Shown piece after piece: positions 8,433 through 17,476 of a stretch of DNA of 38,583 nucleotides (position 1 is its first letter; each line of letters starts with the position of its first letter). The stretch covers positions 1 through 38,583 of IMG/VR virus record IMGVR_UViG_3300012942_000023; one strand, written 5' to 3'. The notes below the pieces were generated by a model. The model was given only the letters and a program-made list of their open reading frames with translations. It did no database searches and was not told where the DNA came from. This DNA comes from a virus. Lineage: Duplodnaviria; Caudoviricetes. The position numbers and the translations under genes are program-made.

Positions 8433-9497
8433 ATGAGTATCTCCAACTTCGTCCCCGAGCTGTGGTCCGCCGCCGTTCAGGTGCCGCGTGAAGCCGCGCT
8501 CGTCTACGCGCAGCCCGGTTTGGTGAACCGGGACTATGAGGGCGAGATTCGCCAACAGGGCGACACCGTGCACGTCACCACGATCGCCGACGTGTCGGTG
8601 CACACCTATGACAAGACCACCGACCTGACCACCGACGACCTGTCCGACTCCAGCGACGAGCTGACCATCGACCAGGGCGACTACTTCAACTTCCGCGTCA
8701 ACGACGTCGACAAGGTGCAGGCCGCCGGCGATTTCCAGAGCCCGGCGACCCGCAGCGCGGGCTACAAGATGGCTGCTCAAATCGACTCGTTCATCTCGGC
8801 GCTGATGGCCGCGGGCGTCGACTCCGGGAATCGCATGTCGGTGCAGGCCATCGACTCGGACACCCCCGACGACGCCTACGACCTGCTCGTGGACATGGGC
8901 ACCGTGCTGACCGAAGCGGGCATTCCCGCGGGCGGCCGGTTTGTGGTCGTGTCGCCGAAGTATTACGGCGTGTTGCAGAAGTCGAAGCTGTTCACTGACG
9001 CCTCGGCGTCGGGGTCGACGGACACTCTGCGCAACGGCGTCGTCGGCCGCGTCGCCGGCTTCACCGTCCTCCAGTCGAATGTGGCCCCGTCTGGGTCCCG
9101 CACTGTGGCGGACGCGGTGACCACGGCCTCGTCCAAGACGCTGACTTCGGCGACCGCGAACTTCACCGCCTCTGACGTCGGCGCGCTTGTCGGCGACGGC
9201 GGCACGAAGATCACCGACGGCACCACGATCGCGTCGGTGGAGTCGGCGACCTCGGTCACCATGTCTGCCAATGCCGCGGCCGCCGGGACGGCGATCAACC
9301 TGACGATCGGGACCAGCGGCTCCAATGTGATCCTCGCCGGGATCGCTGACGCGACCTCCCTCGCGGTGCAGATCACCGAGACGGAGGCCCTGCGGTCTCA
9401 GAACCGGTTCGCCGACCTCATCCGGGGCCTTCAGGTGTACGGCGGCAAGGTCTTCGAGCCCAAGGCGTTGGCCTCCGTGGTCCCGGTCATCTCCTGA
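8433..9497 (+). CDS. Major capsid protein (P22-coat-like) with an inserted beta-rich domain
   Basis: NFVPELWS..NRDYEGEIRQQGDTVHV..LTIDQ..FADLIRGLQVYGGKV. Confidence 0.93.
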   Translation: MSISNFVPELWSAAVQVPREAALVYAQPGLVNRDYEGEIRQQGDTVHVTTIADVSVHTYDKTTDLTTDDLSDSSDELTIDQGDYFNFRVNDVDKVQAAGDFQSPATRSAGYKMAAQIDSFISALMAAGVDSGNRMSVQAIDSDTPDDAYDLLVDMGTVLTEAGIPAGGRFVVVSPKYYGVLQKSKLFTDASASGSTDTLRNGVVGRVAGFTVLQSNVAPSGSRTVADAVTTASSKTLTSATANFTASDVGALVGDGGTKITDGTTIASVESATSVTMSANAAAAGTAINLTIGTSGSNVILAGIADATSLAVQITETEALRSQNRFADLIRGLQVYGGKVFEPKALASVVPVIS

Positions 9498-9652
9498 TGA
9501 CCCGCGTCGTCCATCCGACGCTGCCTGGCGTCGAGCGGAACGTCTCCGACCCGGAGCGGTGGCAAGCCTCAGGCTGGCTGATCGCTCCGGGGTCGGAGCC
9601 CGAGCCCGACCGGGAGGAATCCGATGCTGAGCCCGATCTGCACGATTCCTGA
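9497..9652 (+). CDS. Small 51-aa protein (MTRVVHPTLPGVERNVSDPERWQASGW...)
   Basis: Hand-translated; TGATG coupling to the capsid stop; fills the gap. Confidence 0.65.
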   Translation: MTRVVHPTLPGVERNVSDPERWQASGWLIAPGSEPEPDREESDAEPDLHDS

Positions 9653-10175
9653 CGCCTCCGACTACGGCTACACCGACGTGACAGACGTCGAGCTGGCCAA
9701 GGCGGCGGCGCGCATCCGCGGCTACACGCGGCAGGACATCACGTCCGGGACGTCGACGATCCTGCTCGAAGGCACTGGCCCGTGGCTGCTTCCGCAGCGG
9801 CCGGTCACGTCGGTGACGTCGGTGGTCAACGAGGACGGCGACACGCTGGACTCGGCGAACTACCGGCTCCGCGGGCAACGGCTGATCATCCACCACGACA
9901 TGCCGATGCGGTTCCAGCACGATCTGACCGTCACCTATTCGCACGGGTTCACCACGATCCCAGACCAGCTGATCGAGTTGTGCGCGCAGATCGCGACACG
10001 GCTCGCCGCGACCCCCGACGATCTGATCGCCGGCGCCCAGCAGATGCAGACGGGCGCGGAGTCCATGTCCTACGGGGCGTGGGCGACGAACGCGGTCGCG
10101 GAGCTGATGCCGTCGGAGAAAGCCGTCTTGGACCGCCTGTTTCCGTCGCGTCCGCGGACCACGGTGCTGCTGTGA
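9624..10175 (+). CDS. Head-to-tail adaptor
   Basis: AAARIRGYTRQ..LPQRPVTSV..VTYSHGF..PDQL; GGAGG RBS; synteny. Confidence 0.85.
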   Translation: MLSPICTIPDASDYGYTDVTDVELAKAAARIRGYTRQDITSGTSTILLEGTGPWLLPQRPVTSVTSVVNEDGDTLDSANYRLRGQRLIIHHDMPMRFQHDLTVTYSHGFTTIPDQLIELCAQIATRLAATPDDLIAGAQQMQTGAESMSYGAWATNAVAELMPSEKAVLDRLFPSRPRTTVLL

Positions 10176-10519
10176 AATACCCGCACACCATCACCCGCGT
10201 CCGCGCCGACCTCGTCGCCGGCGTTCACGGCCGGCTGCGGGATTGGGATTCCGCGGAGCGCATGGACTACACGGACGTGCAGGTTCAGCCGACGTCGTCG
10301 GATGACCTGCCCGACGGCAACCGCGAAGGCGTGTTGGCGGCGTGGCGCGTGTATGGCCGGCCGGGCACGGTGGTGGACATCGTGTCGTCGGATCGGATCG
10401 AATGCCCGGCCGTGTTCGCCGGTCAGGCGACCGTCGCCGGGATCACGTCCTTGTGCTATTCGCCGGTGACGGGCGCCTATCACCATTTCGAGTTGTGGAT
10501 AAAGCAGGTGAGCGGCTGA
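10172..10519 (+). CDS. Head-to-tail stopper
   Basis: GTGA-coupled start; RDWD..VQVQP..DRI..HHFELWIKQVSG. Confidence 0.8.
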   Translation: MKYPHTITRVRADLVAGVHGRLRDWDSAERMDYTDVQVQPTSSDDLPDGNREGVLAAWRVYGRPGTVVDIVSSDRIECPAVFAGQATVAGITSLCYSPVTGAYHHFELWIKQVSG

Positions 10520-10851
10520 TGGCGACAACCCGAGTGGTGGTCAACAGCGCTGGAGTGCGGGACATTCTGCGCTCCAAAGAGGTCATGCATGAGCTGGAGT
10601 CCATCGGGAAGCGGATCGCGGCTGCCGCCGGCAAAGGCTATGAAGTGCAAACTTATGTCGGCAAGAACCGCGACCGGGTCACGGTGCGCACGGCGACGGA
10701 CGACGCCCGGCTGATCGAGGCGACCAAGCACAATCTGCTGCGCGCCTTGGCTGGCGAGAGCGGCGGCAGCTTCTACACGTCCAAGGCGGGGAAGACGTCG
10801 GTGCGCTCGGCGAAGGAGATCGCCAACTACACGAGGAACAAGCGTGGCTGA
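10519..10851 (+). CDS. Neck/tail-completion protein (HK97 gp10-like position)
   Basis: TGATG start; VNSAGVRDILRS..EATKHNLLRAL. Confidence 0.75.
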   Translation: MATTRVVVNSAGVRDILRSKEVMHELESIGKRIAAAAGKGYEVQTYVGKNRDRVTVRTATDDARLIEATKHNLLRALAGESGGSFYTSKAGKTSVRSAKEIANYTRNKRG

Positions 10852-11245
10852 GGCGATCGCGTTCCCGGACGCCGAAGCCGTCGCCTATTCGTGGCTGACC
10901 GCGCAGTTGGCGGCCCGCTCGGACACGGCGGCGGTGGGCACGATGAAACCGGGCGACGGGACGACGCGTTTCGTGCGCGTCCTGCGGGTCGGCGGCCCGC
11001 GCCGGAATATGGTGCAGGACGACGCCATGGTCGTCTTCGACTGCTACGACGCCGAACAGGTCGACGCCTCCAACCTCGCCACGCTCGTCCGGGCGCTGGT
11101 GGGGGCGATGGTCGGCGAAACCGTCGATGGCCACATGGTCTACGACGTCACCGAGGTCGGCGGGCCGGCGAATCTTCCCGACGAATTCGGCAATCCTCGC
11201 TACACGTACACGGCGCAAATCCTCCTTCGGGGCGCGCCGATCTAG
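10844..11245 (+). CDS. Tail terminator
   Basis: FPDAEA..FVRVLRVGG..GGPANLPD..RY. Confidence 0.85.
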   Translation: MAEAIAFPDAEAVAYSWLTAQLAARSDTAAVGTMKPGDGTTRFVRVLRVGGPRRNMVQDDAMVVFDCYDAEQVDASNLATLVRALVGAMVGETVDGHMVYDVTEVGGPANLPDEFGNPRYTYTAQILLRGAPI

Positions 11246-11304
11246 ATCCCCATCACCGCAGCACCTTCACGGGCCACGGCAAACACCCATGAAGGAGATT
11301 CACC

Positions 11305-11889
11305 ATGACCACAGCGAACAGCGTGACCGCGGTCCGCGTCGGCCTCCCTGACGTCACCGGCGGCGCGTACCACGGGCCGCTCGACACCACTTTGCCCACC
11401 GATTCGACGACCGCCCTGGACGCCGGGCTCCTGGGCGTCGGCTTCGTCACCGCCGACGGCGTGGTCGAGTCGACCTCCATCAGCACCACGAACGTCAACA
11501 ACTGGGCGGGCGACACCGTGCGGGTCGTTCAGACCGCGCACGACCTCACATACAAGCTGACCCTGATGCAGGTCGGCACCGCCGAGACCCTGAAAGCCTT
11601 CTACGGGGCGACGAACGTGACCTCGGTGGCCGCGACCGCCGACCACGGCAACACCCTCGCCGTCACCGTGAAAGGCACCCAGCTCGGCGCCGAAATCTGG
11701 GTGTTCCAACTCAAGGACGGCGACAACACGGGCCGAATCGTCGTCCCCAACTGCCAGATCACCGAAAAGGGCGACGTGTCCTACGTGGCCTCCGACGCGG
11801 TGACGCTGCCGATCACGATCGCCGCCTACCCGGACTCTTCGGGCAACAAGGCCTACATCTATTGGGACGACGGCCAGAAGTCGGCCTGA
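11305..11889 (+). CDS. Major tail protein
   Basis: GGAYHGPLDTTLPTD..GFVTADGV..WAGDTVR..ITIAAYPD; AAGGAG RBS. Confidence 0.92.
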   Translation: MTTANSVTAVRVGLPDVTGGAYHGPLDTTLPTDSTTALDAGLLGVGFVTADGVVESTSISTTNVNNWAGDTVRVVQTAHDLTYKLTLMQVGTAETLKAFYGATNVTSVAATADHGNTLAVTVKGTQLGAEIWVFQLKDGDNTGRIVVPNCQITEKGDVSYVASDAVTLPITIAAYPDSSGNKAYIYWDDGQKSA

Positions 11890-11895
11890 CACAGC

Positions 11896-11942
11896 GCGCT
11901 GGCGCGGGTTTCTCACTTGCCGTGGCCCGCCCGCGCCAGCGT
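11896..11942 (+). promoter_or_regulatory. 13-bp stem / 21-nt loop hairpin whose loop is complementary to nearby leader and initiation regions
   Basis: Stem 11896-11908/11930-11942; loop 11917-11929 TTGCCGTGGCCCG pairs with 11270-11282, 11953-11962 and 11976-11984. Confidence 0.65.
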
Positions 11943-11983
11943 GACAATCCTCGGCCACGGCACCCGATGAAAGGACCACGGCA

Positions 11984-12247
11984 ATGGGCTCCAACACCGA
12001 CTTCACCTACACGATGCCCGACGGCAAGACGGTCACCGTGCCGTCGCTGGCGAAGATGAACGCCGGCATCATGCGCCGCACCCGCAGGCTCGACGAGGAA
12101 GACCGGGTCTGGACGATCCTGGAATTCGTCTGCGACGCCGACACGATCGCCGCGATCGACGACTTGGACGCCGAGCAGTTCGAGGCGTTCATGGCCGCGT
12201 GGCAGAAGCATTCCGGTGTGAGCGTGGGGGAATCGCAGGCCTCCTAG
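11984..12247 (+). CDS. Tail assembly chaperone (gpG-like)
   Basis: Follows the major tail gene; ends with slippery GGGGGAA. Confidence 0.88.
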   Translation: MGSNTDFTYTMPDGKTVTVPSLAKMNAGIMRRTRRLDEEDRVWTILEFVCDADTIAAIDDLDAEQFEAFMAAWQKHSGVSVGESQAS

Positions 12248-12648
12248 AGCTTCCTCGGGAGCAGTGGGAGGCCATCGAGGCCGATTTGACGGTCGCCGGC
12301 TGGACGGTCGACGACATCCCGGACCGCCTCTCGTGGCGGGCCGTCCTCGCCATCATCAGGCACGCCCGCCGCGAGTCGGCGGTGTTCCGGCTGCTGGCCC
12401 CGCCGAAACTCCAATGGGATCAGCAAACCTATTTCCTCGCCGACGCCGTCGACATTCTCCGCTGGATTCAGTGGGCGAAGTCGAAGGACGGCGAAGCGGG
12501 CCGGAACTATCCGAAGCCAATTCCGCGGCCCGGGCAAGACCAGACGATCCGCGGCACGGTGCCAGGTGAAGCGAAGTTCGGCGACGCGCGGATGACCGTC
12601 GAGGAAGCGAACAAGTTCTTGAGGGAGGCGGCTGGGCATGGCGTCTGA
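11984..12648 (+). CDS. Tail assembly chaperone fusion (gpGT-like) via programmed -1 frameshift at 12226-12232
   Basis: GTG GGG GAA in frame 0; the -1 frame continues GGIAGLLEL... (ORF 12199..12648) up to the tape measure gene. Confidence 0.85.
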
Positions 12649-15556
12649 GATCGCGACCGCGTACCTGTCGCTGGTGCCCTCGGCGAAGGGCATCGGCAAG
12701 TCCATCGCGAAGGACATCGAGGGCGCCGGGGCGGACGCCGACAAGGCTGGGCAGAAGGCCGGAAGCCGGTTCGGGTCCGGCCTCCTCAGCTCCCTGAAGT
12801 CGGTCACGCGGACGGCTGCGGGGATCGTCACGGGGGCGCTCGCCTATCAGGCGGTGACGAAGGGCTTTTCGGCGGCCAAGGGCGCGGTCTTCGACTTCAA
12901 CTCCCAGTTGCAGAACGCCAACATCGGCTTCACGACCATGTTGGGGTCGGCGCAGAAGTCGCAGCAGTTCCTCGGCCAGTTGCAGGACTTCGCGAAGAAG
13001 ACGCCGTTCGATTTCGGCGGCCTCGTCAACTCTAGCCAAACCCTGCTGGGCATGGGCGTGTCGGCGAAGGACATCATCCCGACCCTGACCGCCCTCGGCG
13101 ACTCAGTGGCCTCCGTCGGCGGCTCCTCGGACCAGCTCAACAACGTCATCTTGGCGTTCGGGCAGACGATGGCCAAAGGCACGCTGGACATGGGCAACAT
13201 GAACCAGATGCTCCAGGGCGGCGTCCCGAACGCCCTGAAGATTCTCGCCGCCCAATACCACGTGACCACCGGCGCGATGGTCGACATGATCTCCAAAGGC
13301 AAGGTCCAGTCGGCCGACGCGCTCCCCAAGCTGGTCGCAGGACTCGAGAAGGGCACCTCTGCCACGGCCGCCCTGGGCGGCATGATGGACCAGCAGTCCG
13401 TCACCTTCTCCGGCGCGCTCGGAAATATCGGGGACACCCTCAACCAGACCATTGCCGGTGCGTTCAAACCGTTCTTCGATGTCACCACCAAAGGCCTGCT
13501 CAAGTTCGGGGACCTGCTGGGCAGCGACAAAGTGTCGACGTGGGCCGCGAACACCGCGAAGGGCCTGTCGGGGTTCATCTCCGAGCTGTCGAAGATCGGG
13601 CCAGCCATCCAATCCGGCCGGCGATTCCGCGACCTGACGGCTGACGCGACGCCATTGGTGAAGGTGTTCCACGGGCTCGGCGAAGGGCTGTCGATCTTCA
13701 AGGGCGCGTGGGCTGATTTCACGCAGAACCTCAAGAACGGGTTCGACGGGAAGGCCATGTCCGCGCAGCTCGGCACGGTCGACCGAGCGCTTCATGGAAT
13801 CGGCAACGCCGCCTACATCGCACAATCGGGCGTTCAAACCGCACTCGGGGCCATCAAGGCCGGATTCACCGGGAACGCCAATTACCTGAAGGGCTCAAAC
13901 CCGGTCATCCAAGCCCTGTACTCGATTGGGAACACGGCCTCCAAGGTCGATTTCAAGGGGCTGTTCTCCAGCCTCGGGAAAGCTTTCGAGACGTTCGCCC
14001 CACAGGTCTTGGCGATCGTCCGGAACACTTCTCCGCTGTCCTTGATCTTCAAGGCGCTTCAGCCGTTGTTGCCGCCGCTTGTGAAGGCGTTCGTCGGCCT
14101 CGTGCAGGCCGTCGGCGGCCTCATCGCCAAGGTGCTTCCTGATGCTGTTCAGTTGACGCAGCAGTTCGCCAACATCGCCATCAAGACACTGGCCAAGGTG
14201 CTGCCGGTCGTCGTCAAGGGCGTGACCGACTTCACCAAGGCGCTGACCGCCGCCGTCAAATGGCTGTCGCAGCACAAGACCCTCGTCGAAGCGGTGGCGC
14301 TGGCCATCGGCACCTACCTCGTGGTGATGAAGACAGTCAAGCTCGGCGTCGCCGTGTGGGAGACCCTGACCAAGGTCACCAAGATTTACGCCGCAGCGCA
14401 AAAGGCGCTGAACATCATCATGGCGACCAACCCAATCGTCCTGATCATCGCCGCAGTCGCCGCCCTCGCCGTGGGTCTCGTCTATGCCTACAAAAAGTCC
14501 GAGACGTTCCGCAACTTCGTCAACAAGGCGTTCGCGGACGTCAAAGCCATCGCACTGGACATCGCGCACTGGTTCACCGGCGTGTTCGTGCCCGTGTTCA
14601 CCAAGACGCTGCCGCAGGCGTTCGAGACGTTCGCCGGCTATTTCGTCACTGGCTGGGACGCGCTCAAACAGGGCGTGTCTACGTTCGTCGGCTTCTTCAC
14701 CAAAACGATCCCGGACGCGTTCAAGTCCGTCATCGGCTGGGTGCAGAAGAACTGGCCGCTGCTGGCACAGATCGTCATCGGCATCTTCCTGTTCCCCGCC
14801 GGCACGATCGCCGCGGCGATCTGGCACTTCAAGGACGCGATCCTCGGCTTCTTCGCGGGCCTGTGGAAAGACCTGTCGTCGAATGTGTCGAAGGGCGTTG
14901 GCGCGATTGTCGGTTTCTTCACGGGCCTGCCCGGCAAGGTGGTCGGCGGTCTGTCGTCGCTGAAGTCTGGTGTCGTCGGCAAGTTTGACGAGGTCGTCTC
15001 CTGGCTGAAAGGCGTCCCCGGCAAGCTGGCCTCGGTCGGCTCGGGAATGTGGGGCTGGATCCTCGACGAGTTCAAGGGCGCGTGGCTGGATGTGTCGTCC
15101 TGGTTCGGGACGATGCTCGATTGGGTCGGGGGGTTCGGTGACGACATCAAGGGCGTTGTCACCGGAATGTGGGACGCCTTGACTGGCGCGGCAAAGACGG
15201 CTTTCAACTGGGTCGCGCGGGCCTGGAATGACACGGTCGGCAAGCTGTCGTTCACGGTGCCGAGTTGGGTGCCGGAGATCGGCGGCAAGGGCTGGAGCGT
15301 CCCGGACATTCCGTATTTGGCCAAGGGCACCGATTTCTTCCAAGGCGGCTTGGCGGTCGTGGGCGAGCGCGGCCCCGAGATCGTGGACTTGCCTCGCGGC
15401 TCGCGAGTTATCCCGGCTGGTCCGACGCAGGACATCCTCAACGGGCGGGGGCAGGGCGCGACGTTCAACGTCAACAACTACGGCGAGCCGTGGAATGCGG
15501 CCAAGGTGTGGTCTGACTTCAATCTGGCTTACAAGGCGGGGCTGGTGCCGGAATGA
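12638..15556 (+). CDS. Tape measure protein
   Basis: 972 aa; IATAYLSLVPS start, FTTMLGSA..FAKKTPF N-terminal domain, W/F periodic repeats, VVGERGPE near the C-terminus. Confidence 0.96.
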   Translation: MASEIATAYLSLVPSAKGIGKSIAKDIEGAGADADKAGQKAGSRFGSGLLSSLKSVTRTAAGIVTGALAYQAVTKGFSAAKGAVFDFNSQLQNANIGFTTMLGSAQKSQQFLGQLQDFAKKTPFDFGGLVNSSQTLLGMGVSAKDIIPTLTALGDSVASVGGSSDQLNNVILAFGQTMAKGTLDMGNMNQMLQGGVPNALKILAAQYHVTTGAMVDMISKGKVQSADALPKLVAGLEKGTSATAALGGMMDQQSVTFSGALGNIGDTLNQTIAGAFKPFFDVTTKGLLKFGDLLGSDKVSTWAANTAKGLSGFISELSKIGPAIQSGRRFRDLTADATPLVKVFHGLGEGLSIFKGAWADFTQNLKNGFDGKAMSAQLGTVDRALHGIGNAAYIAQSGVQTALGAIKAGFTGNANYLKGSNPVIQALYSIGNTASKVDFKGLFSSLGKAFETFAPQVLAIVRNTSPLSLIFKALQPLLPPLVKAFVGLVQAVGGLIAKVLPDAVQLTQQFANIAIKTLAKVLPVVVKGVTDFTKALTAAVKWLSQHKTLVEAVALAIGTYLVVMKTVKLGVAVWETLTKVTKIYAAAQKALNIIMATNPIVLIIAAVAALAVGLVYAYKKSETFRNFVNKAFADVKAIALDIAHWFTGVFVPVFTKTLPQAFETFAGYFVTGWDALKQGVSTFVGFFTKTIPDAFKSVIGWVQKNWPLLAQIVIGIFLFPAGTIAAAIWHFKDAILGFFAGLWKDLSSNVSKGVGAIVGFFTGLPGKVVGGLSSLKSGVVGKFDEVVSWLKGVPGKLASVGSGMWGWILDEFKGAWLDVSSWFGTMLDWVGGFGDDIKGVVTGMWDALTGAAKTAFNWVARAWNDTVGKLSFTVPSWVPEIGGKGWSVPDIPYLAKGTDFFQGGLAVVGERGPEIVDLPRGSRVIPAGPTQDILNGRGQGATFNVNNYGEPWNAAKVWSDFNLAYKAGLVPE

Positions 15557-16440
15557 CGGGCCTGTCATTGACGGTGGATTTCAACGGCCTGAGCCTGCCG
15601 TTGGCGTTCGCGGAGATCACGGGCTGGGATGACCAGCCGTCGTTGGATGACGGGTCGGTCGCGAAGCCGATGGCCAACGGATCGTGGTCTGGTCTGCTGC
15701 GGTCCCAGGATCGCGTGGTGCAGGTGTCGGGGCAGATCAACGAAACGCCGTCGACGGTCCGCGCCGTGGTGGCGGCGATCGCTGCGGCCATGGTGAAGAC
15801 CGACGACCTGTTGCCGTTGACGGTCACGATTGGCTCGGATTCGGCGATGATGCTGGCGCGCTGCACGGGCCGCGTGATTTCCGGGGACATCATGCATGCC
15901 CTGGGCGCGCCGCAGGTGACGTTGCAGTTCACGGGCGGCCCGGAGAAACTGTCGCCGGGCTGGTCGACGGCCACCACGTTGCTGCCGCAGCCGCCGTCGG
16001 GCATCGAGTGGGACATCACGTGGGACGCCGACTGGGGCGAGGATGACGGCTCATCGGGTCAGGTGACGTGCGTCAACGACGGCAATGCTCCGGCGCCGGC
16101 GCGCATCCTGTTCACCGGCCCCGTCTCGATGCCGTCGGTCACGATCGACCACACCGGCGACGTCCTGGAATTCTCCTTCGACCTCGCGGACGGGCAAGCG
16201 CTGCTCGTGAATTCGGTGTCGGGCGCGGCCCGGCTGACCACACTCGCGCAGGCCGTGAACGCTTTCCTGATCGATCCGTTCGACGCCTCCTTGGGCGCTG
16301 ACCGGTCGGCGTGGATCACGGCCCGATCGATTGTGCCCGAGGACTTCTACGTGCCTGCGGGCGCGACTGATTTCTATTTCCTGTCGCCTGATTCAGGGAC
16401 CGGCTCCATGCGCATCGCATGGCGGTCGGCCTCGCTGTGA
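15553..16440 (+). CDS. Distal tail (Dit-like) protein
   Basis: Follows the tape measure gene; ITGWDDQP..NDGNAPAP..FTGP..WRSA. Confidence 0.8.
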   Translation: MTGLSLTVDFNGLSLPLAFAEITGWDDQPSLDDGSVAKPMANGSWSGLLRSQDRVVQVSGQINETPSTVRAVVAAIAAAMVKTDDLLPLTVTIGSDSAMMLARCTGRVISGDIMHALGAPQVTLQFTGGPEKLSPGWSTATTLLPQPPSGIEWDITWDADWGEDDGSSGQVTCVNDGNAPAPARILFTGPVSMPSVTIDHTGDVLEFSFDLADGQALLVNSVSGAARLTTLAQAVNAFLIDPFDASLGADRSAWITARSIVPEDFYVPAGATDFYFLSPDSGTGSMRIAWRSASL

Positions 16441-16450
16441 GGAGCATCTG

Positions 16451-17476
16451 ATGACACTGCGCGCTGTCTCCATCAAGCCGGGCACGATCTCGGCCGAGGA
16501 TTTGCGGGCCGCTTTCGCCGCGATCATGGCCCCGGCCGGGTCGGATGTGTCGCAGACCGGCTACCTGCCGGGCGCTGTGGCCACCGTGACCGTGTCCGGG
16601 CTGACGGTGACTGCGTCGGCGTTCCGCGGCTTCATTCAGGGCACCGCCACGCAAGGCCTGTACGGGGTGATGAGCAGCTCCACGAGCACGAAGACCCTCG
16701 ACGCGGGCGGCACTCAGGACCGGATAGACGCCATCGTGGCCCGGGTGCAGAACGACCTCTACGACTCCTCGGGAAACAACACCTTCACGATCGAGACGAT
16801 CAAGGGCACGGAGGCGTCCGCGCCGGTCGCGCCGACCTTGGGTGCCACGGACCTGCTGATCGCCGACGTCACTGTCCCGGCGGGGGCGTCGACTGGCGAC
16901 GGCCTCACGTCCGACAATGTGGACACGAGCCGCCAGCCCTGCCTGACTGAGGCGTTGGGCGGCATTCACGTCGTCTCTCAGAACGACCCCGACGGCGCAT
17001 ACACCGGTCAATGGCGGGACAACGCGGGCGTCTTGGAACGCTGGTCGGGATCGGCGTGGACGCGCCCCGGAACCGAGCTCGGCTACGCCGAGAATGTCTC
17101 CAACACGGTGAGCAACATCTCCGCCACCAACAACACCTTCACCACCTACCTGACGGTCACCTTCAGCCTGCCGAAGTCCTCCGCGGTGCAGATCGCCGCG
17201 CACGCCCGCGTGCAGGCCGTCACCGCGGGCAACCGCATCCGAGTCAACATCGGCGTCGACGGCTCCGGTCAAGCGGATGACCAGAAGACCCACGGCACTG
17301 CGGGATCGACCGGGCAGATGGACTACTGGCCGTCCGGGCGCGTGGTGTTGGCCGCAGGCTCGCACACCATCATCCTGCAAGCCGCCCGCGTCTCAGGGTC
17401 GGGCAGCTGGGACACGATCGAGAATTCGGCGTCGCGGCGGACGTGGCTGCAAGCCGTCTACATGGGCCCCGCGTGA
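16451..17476 (+). CDS. Minor tail protein
   Basis: GAGGAG RBS before ATG 16451; DRIDAIVARV..KGT..APT..LIADVTVPAG typical of actinophage baseplate proteins. Confidence 0.8.
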   Translation: MTLRAVSIKPGTISAEDLRAAFAAIMAPAGSDVSQTGYLPGAVATVTVSGLTVTASAFRGFIQGTATQGLYGVMSSSTSTKTLDAGGTQDRIDAIVARVQNDLYDSSGNNTFTIETIKGTEASAPVAPTLGATDLLIADVTVPAGASTGDGLTSDNVDTSRQPCLTEALGGIHVVSQNDPDGAYTGQWRDNAGVLERWSGSAWTRPGTELGYAENVSNTVSNISATNNTFTTYLTVTFSLPKSSAVQIAAHARVQAVTAGNRIRVNIGVDGSGQADDQKTHGTAGSTGQMDYWPSGRVVLAAGSHTIILQAARVSGSGSWDTIENSASRRTWLQAVYMGPA

